Shown: positions 29,993 through 44,971, counted from the first letter of the stretch. The stretch: DNA of 64,000 nucleotides from Eledone cirrhosa (GCA_964016885.1 OZ024746.1:93558001-93622000); one strand, 5' to 3'. The notes: generated from the sequence alone by a model not told the origin. Numbers and translations are program-made.

Positions 29993-30063
29993 TTGACGTA
30001 CATGGGAGTCGAACCCACATCTTTGGTTATCCACACCACTGTGCTACCATTACACCAACACAT
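29993..30063 (-). other. tRNA-like (Pol III A/B box) sequence inside an inverted repeat
   Basis: RC: tgttggtgtaatggtagcacagtggtgtggataaccaaagatgtgggttcgactcccatg; flanked by arms ~29904-29961 and 30083-30149. Confidence 0.55.
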
Positions 30064-30146
30064 CACTGGGTTCTTAACCCCACTATCAGGGTAAATAATT
30101 CAGTTTAATTTCTTTAGTCAAAATACGGCGATAGCTTACATTTATA

Positions 30147-30200
<54 letters not shown>

Positions 30201-30211
30201 TATAAATATAT

Positions 30212-30330
<119 letters not shown>

Positions 30331-30493
30331 TATATATCTCTATATATATATGTATAATATATATATATATAAATTATAAATGTAAGCTATCGCCGTATTT
30401 TGACTAAAGAAATTAAACAGAATTATTTATATATATATATATATATACACACAATATATTAATAAATAGAAACTATATTTATAAAATCCTAAT

Positions 30494-30559
30494 TATTTTA
30501 TTATAGATATTTCAAGGGCGACCAAGATAAATTATGGTGCACTTTCATCAGATAAAATA
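30494..30559 (-). ncRNA. Minimal type I hammerhead ribozyme
   Basis: RC: tattttat-CTGATGA-aagtgcacca...tggtcgccctt-GAAA-tatcta-TA-ataaaata. Confidence 0.8.
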
Positions 30560-30669
30560 CATTTACTCCATCAGATAAAATATATTTACTCCACTAATTT
30601 GTTGAGTGCTTTATATCAGTTATAAAAATGTTTAAGCTTGTTGAATCCCAACAAATTAAATATAAGCTC

Positions 30670-30719
<50 letters not shown>

Positions 30720-32037
30720 TAGATACATATATATATATATATATATAGATACATATATATATATATATATAATATATATATACATACATATATATATATA
30801 CATATATATATAGATACATATATATATATATATATCATCATCATCAACATCATCATCGTTTAACGTCCATCTTCCACGCTAGCATGGGTTTGGACGGGAA
30901 TATTCCCACTACAGGCAAGATTGGTTGTCTTGCTCGTATAGGGCTGTCTGGCGGGTTTTCTACGGCTGGATGCCCTTCCTAACACCAACCACGTTTACAG
31001 TGTGGACTGAGAGGTTTTTACCGTGTTACTTACACGGCCACATTACAGCGTGGACTGTGTTTTTTGTCGTGACACCTACACGACCTCATTTATTCAGGAC
31101 TGGATGTTGTGGTACCAACATAACTTTACATCGAGAGGGGTTGGTGTGGATGGGGTGGGGGTAGTGGGACGAGGGTGTATTTTGGTTAAGAGGTGCCTAC
31201 TGCCTGTAGGTTTCGCTTTGTACTTAGGCAAGGCGGGTCTTCTGTATTATATATATATATATATATAAAGACCTACCTGTATACATGTGTTAGATGGAGT
31301 GAGGAGGTAACCTGTATTACAGTAAAAGATAAATACTGTGGGAACAGCTGAGACCGTGTCTTGGCTGCATGTCTTTCATTCCCATCGGAAAACCTGTGTA
31401 AAGTACCTTGTAGCGGTCTACATATAACCACGTTTAAAGAAGTTACATCATTTCTCTCTCTCTCTCTCACTCACACTCACCCCCTCTCTATGTCTCTCTC
31501 ACTCATCCCCGCTCTCTCTCTCTCACTCTTACTCAACTCCTCTCTCTCCCCCTCTCTCTCTCTCTGGCCTCAGGGGAATTCCATCTACTTACTGCTGCTA
31601 TAAGACGTTTGTGATTAACCAGTGCACGTGTACACACAAACACACACACACATACACGCTCATAAACACACACACACACATACACGCTCATAAACACACA
31701 CACACACATACCCGCTCACAAACACACATACACGCTCACAAACAGATACACACACACACACATGTATATTATAATGGCTTCTTATATAAACACAAGGCCA
31801 GCAATTTTGGGAGAGGGGAAAGTCGATTAAAATACTTTATTTTATCGACCCCGTAAGGATGAAAGGCAAAGTTAACCTCAGCGGGATTTGAACTCAGACC
31901 ATAAAGGGCCGTAACTCTATGCTACAAAGCATGGCGTCCGACCATCAACCGATACTGCCAATCCACCGATGTATTAAAGTAGTTCAAAAAATCCATATAA
32001 AAACCTCACTTTCTAAAATATATATATATACACACAC

Positions 32038-32302
<265 letters not shown>

Positions 32303-32487
32303 AAGTTTTATTTAAATTGTTGGGTTACAACGAGTAAATATTTATATATATATATTAGAAAGTGAGGTTTTTTTTACAAAATGAAAAAAAAACGAGGTGT
32401 CCTACACGAGTGAAAGTATAAGGAAAAAAGATGAAATCGAAAATGCAACTGGAATCTTTTTTTTTTAAATATATATTTATTTGGTTC

Positions 32488-32523
32488 CTTTACCGGTTTC
32501 GCAGTTCTTGTGCTTTTCAAAAG
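32488..32523 (-). ncRNA. Minimal hammerhead ribozyme, U3-A8 core variant
   Basis: RC: ctt-TTGAAAA-gca(caagaac)tgc-GAAA-ccgg-TA-aag; palindromic ACCGGT at stem/loop III. Confidence 0.7.
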
Positions 32524-32805
32524 TAGAATTGAGAGGGAGGGTCTATGGTTTTTCTCACATCTGGTTTGTGTTTGAATGTTACTTCTGTTTCATATGGAAA
32601 AAAGTGGCTCGAAATGCTAGGTTTTTAGAGAAGTAATTTGGTTGGTTGGTGAATAAGTATAATAAATTTCGCGCCAATTCGCGTTAGAAAGTTCTTATTA
32701 TGTTTGCCTTAAAAAGGGGGGCGGGCTCAGGTTGTTTTTTCTTATATGAGTGAAGTTTGGTTGGTTGATGCAGTCACCTGAATAAGCACATCAGCTTTCG
32801 TGCCA

Positions 32806-32847
<42 letters not shown>

Positions 32848-32854
<7 letters not shown>

Positions 32855-33138
32855 ATAAGAAACGGAGAATCGGTGGTGCGACGAATTAAAATTTATTAGA
32901 CATATTACAATCGTTTCTCTGGCGACCAGCTCGAGGCACGATCGATGCAATGATCAGTATGACTCTGAAATCGTAAGATTGAGCTGGTCGCCAGAGAAAC
33001 GATTGTAATATGTCTAATAAATTTTAATTCGTCGCACCACCGATTCTCCGTTTCTTATGTGATATTTTACTCTGCTCTGTGAGAGCATCGAGTAATCAAA
33101 CGGCCTACCGCATACGGACGCCTTAAGCATCCCATACC

Positions 33139-33142
<4 letters not shown>
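32848..33142. mobile_element. Foldback element of the 29475 family
   Basis: Near-perfect arms ~32849-32932 and 32981-33064; both arms stop inside hammerhead stem II. Confidence 0.75.
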
Positions 33143-33186
<44 letters not shown>

Positions 33187-33212
33187 TTACATAATAAACA
33201 ACACGATATAAT

Positions 33213-33286
33213 TATTCGATTACCAAAGGTTTCAGGAAACTAGACGATCCTAACAGAAACGTCCAGTTCGCTCATCAGATGAAATA
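33213..33286 (-). ncRNA. Type I hammerhead ribozyme, imperfect stem I
   Basis: RC: tatttcat-CTGATGA-gcgaactggacg...cgtctagtttcct-GAAA-cctttgg-TA-atcgaata. Confidence 0.65.
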
Positions 33287-33481
33287 GTTATGTTTTGGAT
33301 ATAATATTTGAAATTAATATCTATTAAAAATGAAAGTGAGGGTGAGTTAAAATAATGGAAAAAAAAAATATATATATATATATATATACATGTACACACA
33401 CATTCAGAATTACATACATGCACATAGACATAAAAATACATGCGCACATCTTCTTTCCTTTACCTTTTCTACGGAAATACT

Positions 33482-33599
<118 letters not shown>

Positions 33600-33653
33600 T
33601 AATAAAAATAATGAATAAAAACAAAGAAACAGTTCCTTATATTAAAAAATTCA

Positions 33654-33785
33654 TCATTTTACGATCGTTTCTAGGATATATATGTTTGTGTTGGTATGTA
33701 TATCATATAGATCTATGTAAAAGTTTTACAAGCTATCAGAGGGAATATACATACCTACACATATATATGCTGTCTTCAGAAATAA
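33654..33785 (-). ncRNA. Hammerhead ribozyme with ~100-nt stem II
   Basis: RC: ttattt-CTGAAGA-cagcatatatatgt..ggtatgtatat...atatacatacc..acatatatat-ccta-GAAA-cgatcg-TA-aaatga; palindromic CGATCG. Confidence 0.75.
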
Positions 33786-33857
33786 TCGGAAATTATTCGG
33801 ATTACATTGAGTTCTTCATACGGATTGGACACTACCGTATATTTTGGTAGATTTATC

Positions 33858-33884
<27 letters not shown>

Positions 33885-33888
<4 letters not shown>

Positions 33889-34140
33889 AAGTAAAAGTTA
33901 AGTGGAAATATCCATAGGACGAGTTTAGTATAAATAATTACAACAGTGACATAAACAGGAACTTAAATTTCGTTGGGTTCTTGGCCCCAATTTATTCGGC
34001 CTGTCATGAGGAAAATAAAAAATAAAAATAAAATAAAAATAAAAGGGACATCTTTGTTTTTATTTTTCTCATGGCAATGAATTGGGGCCCAGAACCCAAC
34101 GAAACTTGAGTACCTGTTTATGTCACTGATGTAATTATAT
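33885..34140. mobile_element. Foldback element with hammerhead 3' halves
   Basis: Inverted arms ~33933-34035 and 34052-34140 containing cccaac-GAAA-cttgag-TA-cctg. Confidence 0.6.
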
Positions 34141-34210
34141 ATATATATATTCCGTTTCCACCCTTCCAGTATTCTCAATCTTTCTATTTCTTCTTTAATT
34201 TCTCTTTCAT

Positions 34211-34246
34211 TCTTCTGATGAAGGATTAACGTCCGAAACGTTAAGA
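34211..34246 (+). ncRNA. Minimal hammerhead ribozyme (Penelope-type)
   Basis: tctt-CTGATGA-a-gga(ttaacg)tcc-GAAACGTT-aaga. Confidence 0.8.
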
Positions 34247-34328
34247 CTCTCTTTCTTGCTATTTCAAGCGTTAAACTAATATATTTCTTACATGTACTGT
34301 GCCTTTTGTTTTGTTATATTTGTTTACC

Positions 34329-34465
<137 letters not shown>

Positions 34466-35532
34466 CAAATATATATTAGCGAGAATCGCATTTCGGCTAT
34501 TGGAAATTAGCGGAAAACAACTTCCGAGATGTGTGGCAAGCGCTTCATAGAAGCTAGTGAACTATAGCAACAACGTACGTTAAAAGGCCAAACACAATGA
34601 GACGATGGTTAAACCATTATCCGCACAGCCATAGAAACGACCAAGCAATTCGGGTCAAACAAATAATAAAATATGATTGAAAATTATACCCGGACCCCTG
34701 GAAACGGTGGTAAAATCCAATATGGGTTTCCTGTAACTCCTAAATCAAGTACTGTCTGCTTAAACAAATAATTGTTTCTACGTTAGGCACAAGGCCAGCA
34801 ATTACCCAGTGTATTACTGCTACTTTATTTTATCGACCCCGTAAGGATGAAAGGCAAAGTTTACCTCGGCGGGATTTGAACTCAGAATGGCAAGGGCCGT
34901 AACTCTATACGTCAAAGCATGGCGTCCAACCCTCTACCAATACTGCCAATCCACCAAACAAATAATGTTAAGCTTTTGGTATGATGATCGAACAAGGAAG
35001 TCACTTTTTCAACAGGCATTTAGTTCTATGCAAAGCTAAGGAACTGACCGTTATCTAAACCCACGTGGGGTTTAGAAGGGAGACAACCCCTAGTCTTGGC
35101 GGATGAATTCAGTATGTGTGGTTATTGCAAAATTGTAAAATATCACAAAACGAATTAATCTCTCAACAGAATAGTTTTTAAAAATTAACATATATTTATA
35201 TAAACGTAATAGATCACCAAGGTTCAATAATTCTTTCATTCTCCAAAGAATGTTATTTTCAATACCTTTGTAGAGAAATCACCAAAACCAACTATATACA
35301 ACCTATAAAAGGTATATATTTACCGACCAGATATATTGGTCAAATTATATTTTTTGAAATACCACAATTTCCTATTTACTTGTAATACGCCCTTCGTCTC
35401 AAATGTTTCTGTATCCCTGTTTTAAATATATAGCAGTGACATAACTAGGGAAAATAGTGCCTATGGCAAGCAGTAAAATTGGGCTCAAGCCCAGAACTGT
35501 ATTTTTACCGATGGGCCTAATAATTCATATAT

Positions 35533-35960
35533 GACTAGCAGCAGAAAAAACACCCTTCTGGTGGTTTTCTGTAGCATGTGTAGTGTGTATATTGATATTA
35601 TACGCAAATATATATACATGTATATATATATGATGCATCAAATGAAATCGTAATTGACAATATACACAGAAATTGAAGAGAAACTGCGTTACACTGTCTT
35701 ATGTAATCAGTAACGTAATCCATGATACATTAAAAAAAGACGATATTATATATAAACTGCATTAGGAGAAAATTAGTGACGGAAATATATGAATGTTTAT
35801 ATAAGCGATCGCTAACCGGAAGTGTTGACATTTGAAAATTTTAAAGACGTGAATCTTAAAATAAGCAATATTCATTCATTATTTATTCAAAGTAATCCAA
35901 CTTATTTTACAAACGGGATTAAAAAAATATTCTGGACGCAGTCCCGCACTCCTTTCTTTA
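35533..35960 (-). mobile_element. Helitron-like repeat; second copy at ~4030-4620
   Basis: Two homologous copies; CTAG-like end with adjacent hairpin (cagaaaa..ttttctg). Confidence 0.5.
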
Positions 35961-36289
35961 CGGCAAGCAGTGAAATTGCGCCCCTGCCCAGCACTGTATT
36001 TTTACCTATGGGCCTTATTAATTTATATAAATGGTTTAATGATCCAGCCACCATAGTGTTCCCCCCATGATAATCAGAGACATCATACATCTGACGGAGT
36101 TTCTTTTTTCACTCTCCAACGAGGTCTATTTGACTTTAATAGAACTTGCTTCTAATCCAAGTGGCGCCCCCTTATGTGGAGTTCATGGTACGTGCCATGC
36201 TTTCCATACCTTAGTGACGCATCTGATAATGAGACACGCATAAATCTAATATCTTGACTAGAAGTGTAATGAAAACGAACCCATAGTAA

Positions 36290-36965
36290 GTTATGGCCCC
36301 ATGACTCCAGCAACAGATAACTTTAACCACCAAACTACCTGGTTTCACTATTTGAGTGACACTTGATGTCAGGTACACTAGAGCACTCAAATAGCAGACA
36401 GATGTTGAGTGATAGTTTAACCATTCAGCTACTTGGCTTCAGATATATTTGAGTACAGATATACTAGATTACTTCAAGAGTAGATTCATGATATTGTTGT
36501 CCTAATATTACCAAATATAGTAAAACAAACTCACTGCTTGGTTTGATTTTCGCATCAGTTTCAGTATATATATCTTTTAATATTTCCATAAATAATTTAG
36601 CTGGTAATCAATGTTTATCCTTGATTGACCAACAGTTTAAATATAAATATAATTTATCAAAGTTCTTTCGTCACACATTTCTGTGACATCTTCAGTGATT
36701 ATCGCTGTGTTTCCTCCCGTTGTGTTTCTATAACAATATATTTTCAACTCACGATTTCATATCAAAACCTTACAAAACAAATACATCGCTGCCAGATGAA
36801 TACTTTACCATTCAGCCACATAACTTCCGGTAAACTAGAACACTCAAAGAGCAAACTGTAGTTGAGTAACACTTTAGCCACATGTCTTCCGGTAAACTAT
36901 ATCACTCAAAGAGCAGACTGAAGTTGAGTGACACTTCAGCTATATGACTTCCAGTAGAACACTGA
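36290..36965. repeat. Degenerate ~59-bp tandem repeat
   Basis: Recurring acttccggtaaactag..cactcaaagagcagactg..gttgagtgacac, clearest at 36810-36965. Confidence 0.5.
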
Positions 36966-38285
36966 AACAGGAGACTGTATTCGGCGAGAAATATGGTACT
37001 AGGTGATCTGGGAGTGTTACCTTAGATAGACTGACATCCTATCCAGGATAAAACAGTGAGGGTTGCCACATTTCGCTTGAAATAACGTTTTTAGTATTCT
37101 TATTGACCAATGATTGCACCATTTTCGCACCGGTCACTGTCGAGACCTCAGGCGGACTTAGACCCCTATGTTGTCGAACTCTTCCGCAAGATCGGAACGT
37201 CAACAGCGCGTCTAACGAAGGAGCTCCGTGAGATGGGGTGGCCATAGCAGCACGTGTCGCTGACCATTGTCCGCAGAAATGCTTTTGCGGTCTTGTCCGC
37301 GGCATACAGCCCAACACCATAGCGCCCTAGACCTAGAGCCCACCCCCTCCCCTTACCCTCCCATTCTTCTGTGACCATAAAGCCCTTGCCTCTCCCTTCC
37401 TTTTCCGTTTTTAAATATCTGTAGTGTTGTTATTTGAAATAGATTTGTTTTAACTTTTTATCATTTACATTACTCTATATTTACTATTGTATTTTTGTGG
37501 TAAACGCTTTATCTTACATAATTATCTCACATAATATCGAATCTACGAGATTTTGATGTTATTATTTTGAGAAGAAAACCTTAACGCCAGTATAAGCGGC
37601 CAGTTACAGCCGGTCTGAACTGAAAACAGTTAGAAAATTCTTGTCGAATACGGCCGGTTTAAATGCTAAAGGGTTAAACTTGACCTTATGAGTAACATGT
37701 GAGTACTTTGAGGAATTAACAGATGTTATAGTTCGAAATGGGAAATAGACGAACCCAATGACACGGAGATTTGAAGGAAGAAAATTCTACACTCTTTGTT
37801 TGGATGCATATCTCAGCTGCGGCTTGCAGATAGGATGGCGAAAGCATTGCTGCTGAGAATTGCCAGCGATACCAGTTGCATTAGACATTCAATACGATAC
37901 CAGTTGCATTGGCTTCAAGTAATAAGCTCTTCCCAGATCTCGACGGCAACGGTACAAAAAAGAAACGGTCAGTAAAAGCCTAATATGTAGTTACATAAGG
38001 TATATATTTAGTAATAAAGTGTAAACTTTTGTTACAACATTACAAGAAGATAAAAATAGATACCTTTTGTCTAACTATGAGAAAAACCAGAAAAAAATTT
38101 TTTTTTTTTACAAATCAGAATTACTCAAACGTAAATTCGTTGTATTATTGAAATCAACCTAATAATGCACCATATATATATATATATATATATATATAAG
38201 AGAAAAAACAAAACAAAACAATAACAAAGGGTGCAGTACGAACAGTGCGGTATTAGGTTCACGCTTATATATATATATATACATG

Positions 38286-38388
<103 letters not shown>

Positions 38389-38565
38389 TTATCCCGAGTT
38401 CAATCGGGGGTAACCACAGTAAGTAAAGTACTCAATACATGGCAGAATAATAATATTTAATATAGAAACGGTTTCTACATGACTAGAACTGTTTCAATCA
38501 GTACAATCAAATGGTGTTTAAAACATTTAAACACCATTAGATTGTTATTTATGTTGTATTTCTGG

Positions 38566-39355
<790 letters not shown>

Positions 39356-39959
39356 GGTCACCAGTTGGTGCTACTGGTAACATGTATCCCAGTACAACCT
39401 GTCCCATGGTCGGGTCGTTGGCGACTAAACTGGCAACCCCACCAAGGTTTCTCGGTGAGGAGGGTGACTTTGGACATCCTGCAGGACTAAAAACAAAACC
39501 TGTCAAAGGGCAAAGGAGCTCTTAAGAGTCAATGGCCATCCAAAATCACCAGGAGAGATGACCCCTTAGCCTTTGTCAAGGCAGAATTCTAGGAGAAGGA
39601 AAACTCTGATATAACACCTGCAACCCTGATGGTTTCCAATGATGTTGACTTGTTCTTCTTTTTGGTAAATATCATCTTGGTTAAGAGAGTGGGACTGGCT
39701 TTGTGCAGTGCCTTTGCTCACTATAAAAGCTTCACAGCACAGGCATTGCTTTATATCTGGAGATCTCTCTGCACTTGTCGTCACATGGTACCATGGGCCC
39801 AGCACTATGTGTCAATAATTGTCACAAGTGTAGTGTTTGTACCAGAGTTTTCAAGTCGCTGGCTGGACTAAAAAGTCACACTTATTCAGCGCATCGGTAG
39901 GGGTTCTCCTACATGGATATAAAGTAGTGGCCGTACTCGAAAACGAGTTGGCAGCCACC
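39356..39959 (+). mobile_element. Second copy of the 1527-2130 element
   Basis: Same termini and only scattered substitutions; embedded in TA/TG microsatellite. Confidence 0.8.
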
Positions 39960-39984
39960 ATATGTATGTATATATATATGTATT

Positions 39985-40251
39985 GAAAAATAACCGAGGT
40001 GTCCCACACGAGTGAAAGTATAAGGAAAAAAGATGAAATCGAAAATGCAACTGGAGTCTTTTAAAAAAATATATATTTATTTGGTTCCTTTACCGGTTTC
40101 GCAGTTCTTCTGGTTTTCAAAAGCAGAATTGAGATGTGAGAAAATCCACAGACCCTCCATTGAAAAGCAGAACTGCGAAACCGGAAAAGGAACCAAATAA
40201 ATATATATATTTTTAAAAGACTCCAGTTGCATTTTCGATTTCATCTTTTTT

Positions 40252-40255
<4 letters not shown>
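39985..40255. mobile_element. Foldback element of the U3-A8 family; longer copy at 32390-32806
   Basis: Inverted arms ~40023-40120 and 40160-40255; homology to 32390-32560. Confidence 0.7.
40088..40190. ncRNA. Inverted pair of U3-A8 hammerhead motifs, both mutated
   Basis: Minus copy 40088-40123 and plus copy ~40160-40190 (ttgaaaa-gca..tgc-gaaa-ccgg); same family as 32488. Confidence 0.6.
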
Positions 40256-40324
<69 letters not shown>

Positions 40325-40593
40325 TATAACAGATTAAAGTTTAAGCAAAGAATCGCTGCTTTCACCCTTTAACAAACAAGGTGTGGTAAGAAACCAGGTG
40401 GACCATAACGCACCAGAGTACTCAATACTTAGGGTAGTAGAGTGGGTAATAGGAAATAGTCAGGACCCCGACGGCTGAGCTCTGGCCGTTTCGACAGCTA
40501 GATCCGAACGCTCGTATCTAGATTTCGAAACGGCTGGAGCTCAGCCGTCGGGGTCCTGACTCTATTCCTATATATATATATATGTATGTATAC

Positions 40594-40721
<128 letters not shown>

Positions 40722-41417
40722 GTATATGTATATATATGTATATGTGTATGTATATATATATGTATATATATACATATATACATATACATGTCGAGTCACT
40801 CTTGAGTGCTATTGGTAACATGTAACCCAGTACAACCTGTCGCATGGACGGGTCGTCGGCGACAAAACCGGCAACCCCACCAAGTTTACTTGGTGAGGAG
40901 GAGGATTTTGGACACCCTGCAGGACAAAAAACAAAACCTGACAAAGGGCGGAAGAACTCATAAGAGTCAACGGCCATCCCACGGTGTGTAAATATGTATA
41001 TACACATGTACATATCTATGTATATGTATATGTATATGTGTATATACATGGGTGCATGTGTATGTACATGCGCGGGGACATAGAAATAATCGGGCTGGAC
41101 ACCCGATCGGGCGGTTAAACCACTGGAAGTGAAGGACCCCTAGCCTTTGTCAGGGCATTCTTCTAGTAGAAGGCAACTCAGGAAACTGGGATAACTCCGA
41201 TATAAAACCTGCGGCTCAGTAGTTACCGATGATGTTGATATTATCTTCTTTTCTACTGACGCTCGGGGAGTGGGATTGGCTCAGTGCACAGTCTTTCCTC
41301 ATTTAAAAAAATATCTTCATGCACAGGCATTGCACGATAGAATTAATTAATAATTATTAATAATGGTATATCGTGCAATGGTTATACTCGATAACGAGGG
41401 GGCAGCCATCATATATG

Positions 41418-41451
<34 letters not shown>

Positions 41452-41940
41452 CATATATATATATATGTATATACATATATATATATGTATATATATATCT
41501 ATATCCAAAATTAAGATAAATCAAATGAATTTAATCTAAATCAAAATTATGGGTGTCATGCCAGAAAGACATGCGCCATATCACCCGCAAAATAAGCTCT
41601 AAGATTCTAACGAGTAGGTCCGAGCATTTTATAATAACTAGAAATTGATTAACATATAAATAAACATGAATAATCACAGGAGATCATTTTTACAAGTGTG
41701 TAACCACACATAGCTAGGTTGGTAACTAAATAAAGTTGACCAGAGCTTCAAAAATAGATACCTTATAATATGATTAATCTTCCCTGTATATATTACATTA
41801 AAGAAATATATTTCACCAATTAATCGGATGGTAAACCACGGAAGTAGAGACTTGGATTTTCAACAAGGAAGAAGTTCCAGCGATCCGTGTTTACACTTCC
41901 ATATACTGTACCGATTATGTTGTTATTTCTGTTTACCTTT

Positions 41941-41973
<33 letters not shown>

Positions 41974-41979
<6 letters not shown>

Positions 41980-42334
41980 ATGCTTTGGGAGGGTCATGTT
42001 GCCAATAAGAAACACACGCACCAGTTGCTTTCACTTCAATTTATTATAAATTAAATTTATAAATTTCCGGTTAGTTGGTTGGTTCCACAACCAGACGATT
42101 GTTCATATATTGTCAAAGAATGTGTGACGAAAGAACTTTGACAATATATGAACAATCGTCTGGTTGTGGAACCAACCAACCAACCGGAAATTTATAAATT
42201 TAATTTATAATAAATTGAAGTGAAAGCAACAGGTGCGTGTGTTTCTTATTGGCAACATGACCCTCCCAAAGTATAACAATATCGGTTTCAACACACGTTT
42301 TCAGATAAAGAATTTTGCTAAACAAATTCAGAAA

Positions 42335-42337
<3 letters not shown>
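41974..42337 (+). mobile_element. Foldback 3' terminus of the 52.7-kb Penelope-like family
   Basis: ~145-bp arms 41974-42118 and 42136-42281; sense strand starts at tgtgtgacGAAA, inside stem II. Confidence 0.75.
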
Positions 42338-42387
<50 letters not shown>

Positions 42388-42391
<4 letters not shown>

Positions 42392-42559
42392 AAAAAGTAT
42401 GACCCCGACGGCAGAGCTGGACTGTCCAGAAATAGCCGTCGAAACGGCTTGAGCTCTGCCGTCGGGGTCATACTTTTTCCTATTTCCCACTCTACTACTC
42501 TAAGTATTGAGTACTCTAGTGCGTTATGGTCCATCTGGTTCCTTACTACATTTCCTTTG

Positions 42560-42604
<45 letters not shown>

Positions 42605-42789
42605 AACGAGTAGGACCCCGACGGCTGAGCTCAAGCCGTTTCGACGGCTAATTCTGGACAGAATTGGCCGTCGAAACGGCTTGAGCTCAGCCGTCGGGGT
42701 CCTACTCGTTCCTATTACCCACTCTACTCTTAAGTATTGAGTACTTTGGTGCGTTATGGTCCACCTGGTTCCTTACCACATTTCCTTCG

Positions 42790-42791
<2 letters not shown>
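42388..42791 (+). mobile_element. Two tandem foldback elements with GAAAcggc..gccgUC hammerhead 3' halves
   Basis: Copies 42388-42561 and 42600-42791 separated by (TA)n; other copies at 40375-40570, 44740-44810, 48836-48994 and 50619-50703. Confidence 0.7.
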
Positions 42792-42840
<49 letters not shown>

Positions 42841-43087
42841 ATATTTATAATATTAGCAGGGAGGTAAATAGAGAAGGATAGACAATGGCTGCCAATTGGT
42901 GAGTCAATTTGAAACATGGGACGGTGGGAATATCTGTTTTTCTGAGCTTTTCTTCTATTCCTATTCTTTCTCGTTCCCAAAGTAGTAATATCCGCCCCAT
43001 ACTCATCTAGTACAACATGTTTATTTATTTATTTATGCCTTGCCCTGTTTACGTATATATACGTGGCAATGACAGAGGGGTGTATAT

Positions 43088-43137
<50 letters not shown>

Positions 43138-43267
43138 GTATATGTACATATATACATATGTATCTATTATATATGTATATACTTATATATATGTATATAT
43201 ATATATATATATATACATATATGTATATATATATATACATATATGTATATATATATATACATATATC

Positions 43268-43321
<54 letters not shown>

Positions 43322-43425
43322 GTGTGTGTGTGTGTGTATATATATGACTATATACAGATGTATATATATATATGTATATATATATGTATATATATGTATA
43401 TATATATGTATATATATATATATAC

Positions 43426-43471
<46 letters not shown>

Positions 43472-43473
<2 letters not shown>

Positions 43474-44615
43474 TAGCGGCCCCAAAGCCCTCGCCACGGT
43501 CCGTACTGTGCTAAAATCTCTTCATAAGGTACCTATTGTCATCTATCGTAATGTCCATTTCTTTTCGAATAAAAGATGTTAAAAGGTATTTAAATATTGC
43601 ATAACATAATTTAAAAAAAATAATTTAGAATATCTAAATACAGAAAGTAATAAAGAAAAGAATAGAAAAATGTATTTTAGGAAAATTATAAAACATTTAC
43701 AGAACCTCAGTATATACAATGATTTTAGCATCGATAGATTTATAGGTCTGGCTATCTCTAGTGATCCTTTGTGAGAGATTTTGTTGATGGCATTCACTGT
43801 GATGTTTTGGGGGACAAGGATTGCTCTTTCACACAGCCACTCCTCGTTGGAATAGTGGATTTAGAAATTGGGGAACACTTAATTAATTTAACTTACAACG
43901 CTTTCCACAACAGTAGAAAACGATGAAGGATAAAAACAGCCTTCAGTATCTATAAATTTAAACAGCTGAGAGGTGCTTATTTGTAACTCCGAGTATCCTC
44001 TTCCCTTCCTGCCTCTATTATCCACACTGAAGAAATCTCCGAGGCTGGGAAGTTCCCAGGGTCCCCGCCCCGTTCTGTTTTCAGAAAAGAAGTCGAACGC
44101 AAGTATTTCGGAAGTCAGATTAGTTGAACACAGGAAAAAAAATGTCTTCGTGATCCCCAGCGGGTGTTTTTCTATAAATTTAAACGGCTGAGAGGTGCTT
44201 ATCTGTAACTCGGACGCTCCCAGTCACTCACCGCTTCCGTTTTCGGAAAAAGGAGTCGTTGGCAAGTGATTAGAAAACAAAGGAAAATTCCTGGAAAATA
44301 AAAAAATCCCGCAGTAGACATCTCCGAGGTTGGAAAAATCTGATATAGCAGCCATATTGGAAGTAGGACACTTCGTTGGACATATTTCATCTTCGTAGCG
44401 CAATCATGGCAGCATCGAAGCCATTGTTGGCGTATTTGTACACACACTTTATAGGTTCCCTCTAGCCCCAATTCCGTTTGCGATAAAAAAAGAGGCGGGG
44501 GGATTGCGAGCATGTTGGAGGTCACATTAGTTAAAAACACGAAAAACCTTAATTTTTATCAATTTTATTTAATTATTAGCGGTCAACCTACAAATAAACT
44601 TCCTTTTTATAAGGT
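43472..44615 (-). mobile_element. Non-autonomous Helitron with a helicase remnant
   Basis: Minus-strand 3' hairpin + CTAG at ~43472-43502; [31 protein letters not shown] at ~43780-43880; 5' boundary approximate. Confidence 0.7.
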
Positions 44616-44821
44616 TATGTATATATATTGTTATATTTGGAGATGGTTACGTTGTCAATATTGACAATAGAAAGAAACACACGCACCATATAATTGTCAC
44701 TTTTTCTTTATTGTTCGTTGTTCATTTGTTTATTAAAGTTAGATCCCAACAGTTCGGATCTAGCTGTCGAAACGGCCAGAGCTCAGCCGTCGGGGTCCTG
44801 ACTCTTTCCTTTCTCTCTCTC

Positions 44822-44889
<68 letters not shown>

Positions 44890-44916
44890 CACACACACAC
44901 ATATATATATGTATAC

Positions 44917-44949
<33 letters not shown>

Positions 44950-44971
44950 AAATAAATACACACACACACAC

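Noticed and set aside
29993-30063. Functional tRNA gene
   Set aside because: Acceptor and anticodon stems pair poorly; treated as tRNA-derived
42275-42312. Minus-strand ctgaaaa...gaaa motif
   Set aside because: C3/A8 mismatch, no stems, and antisense to the family's real hammerhead
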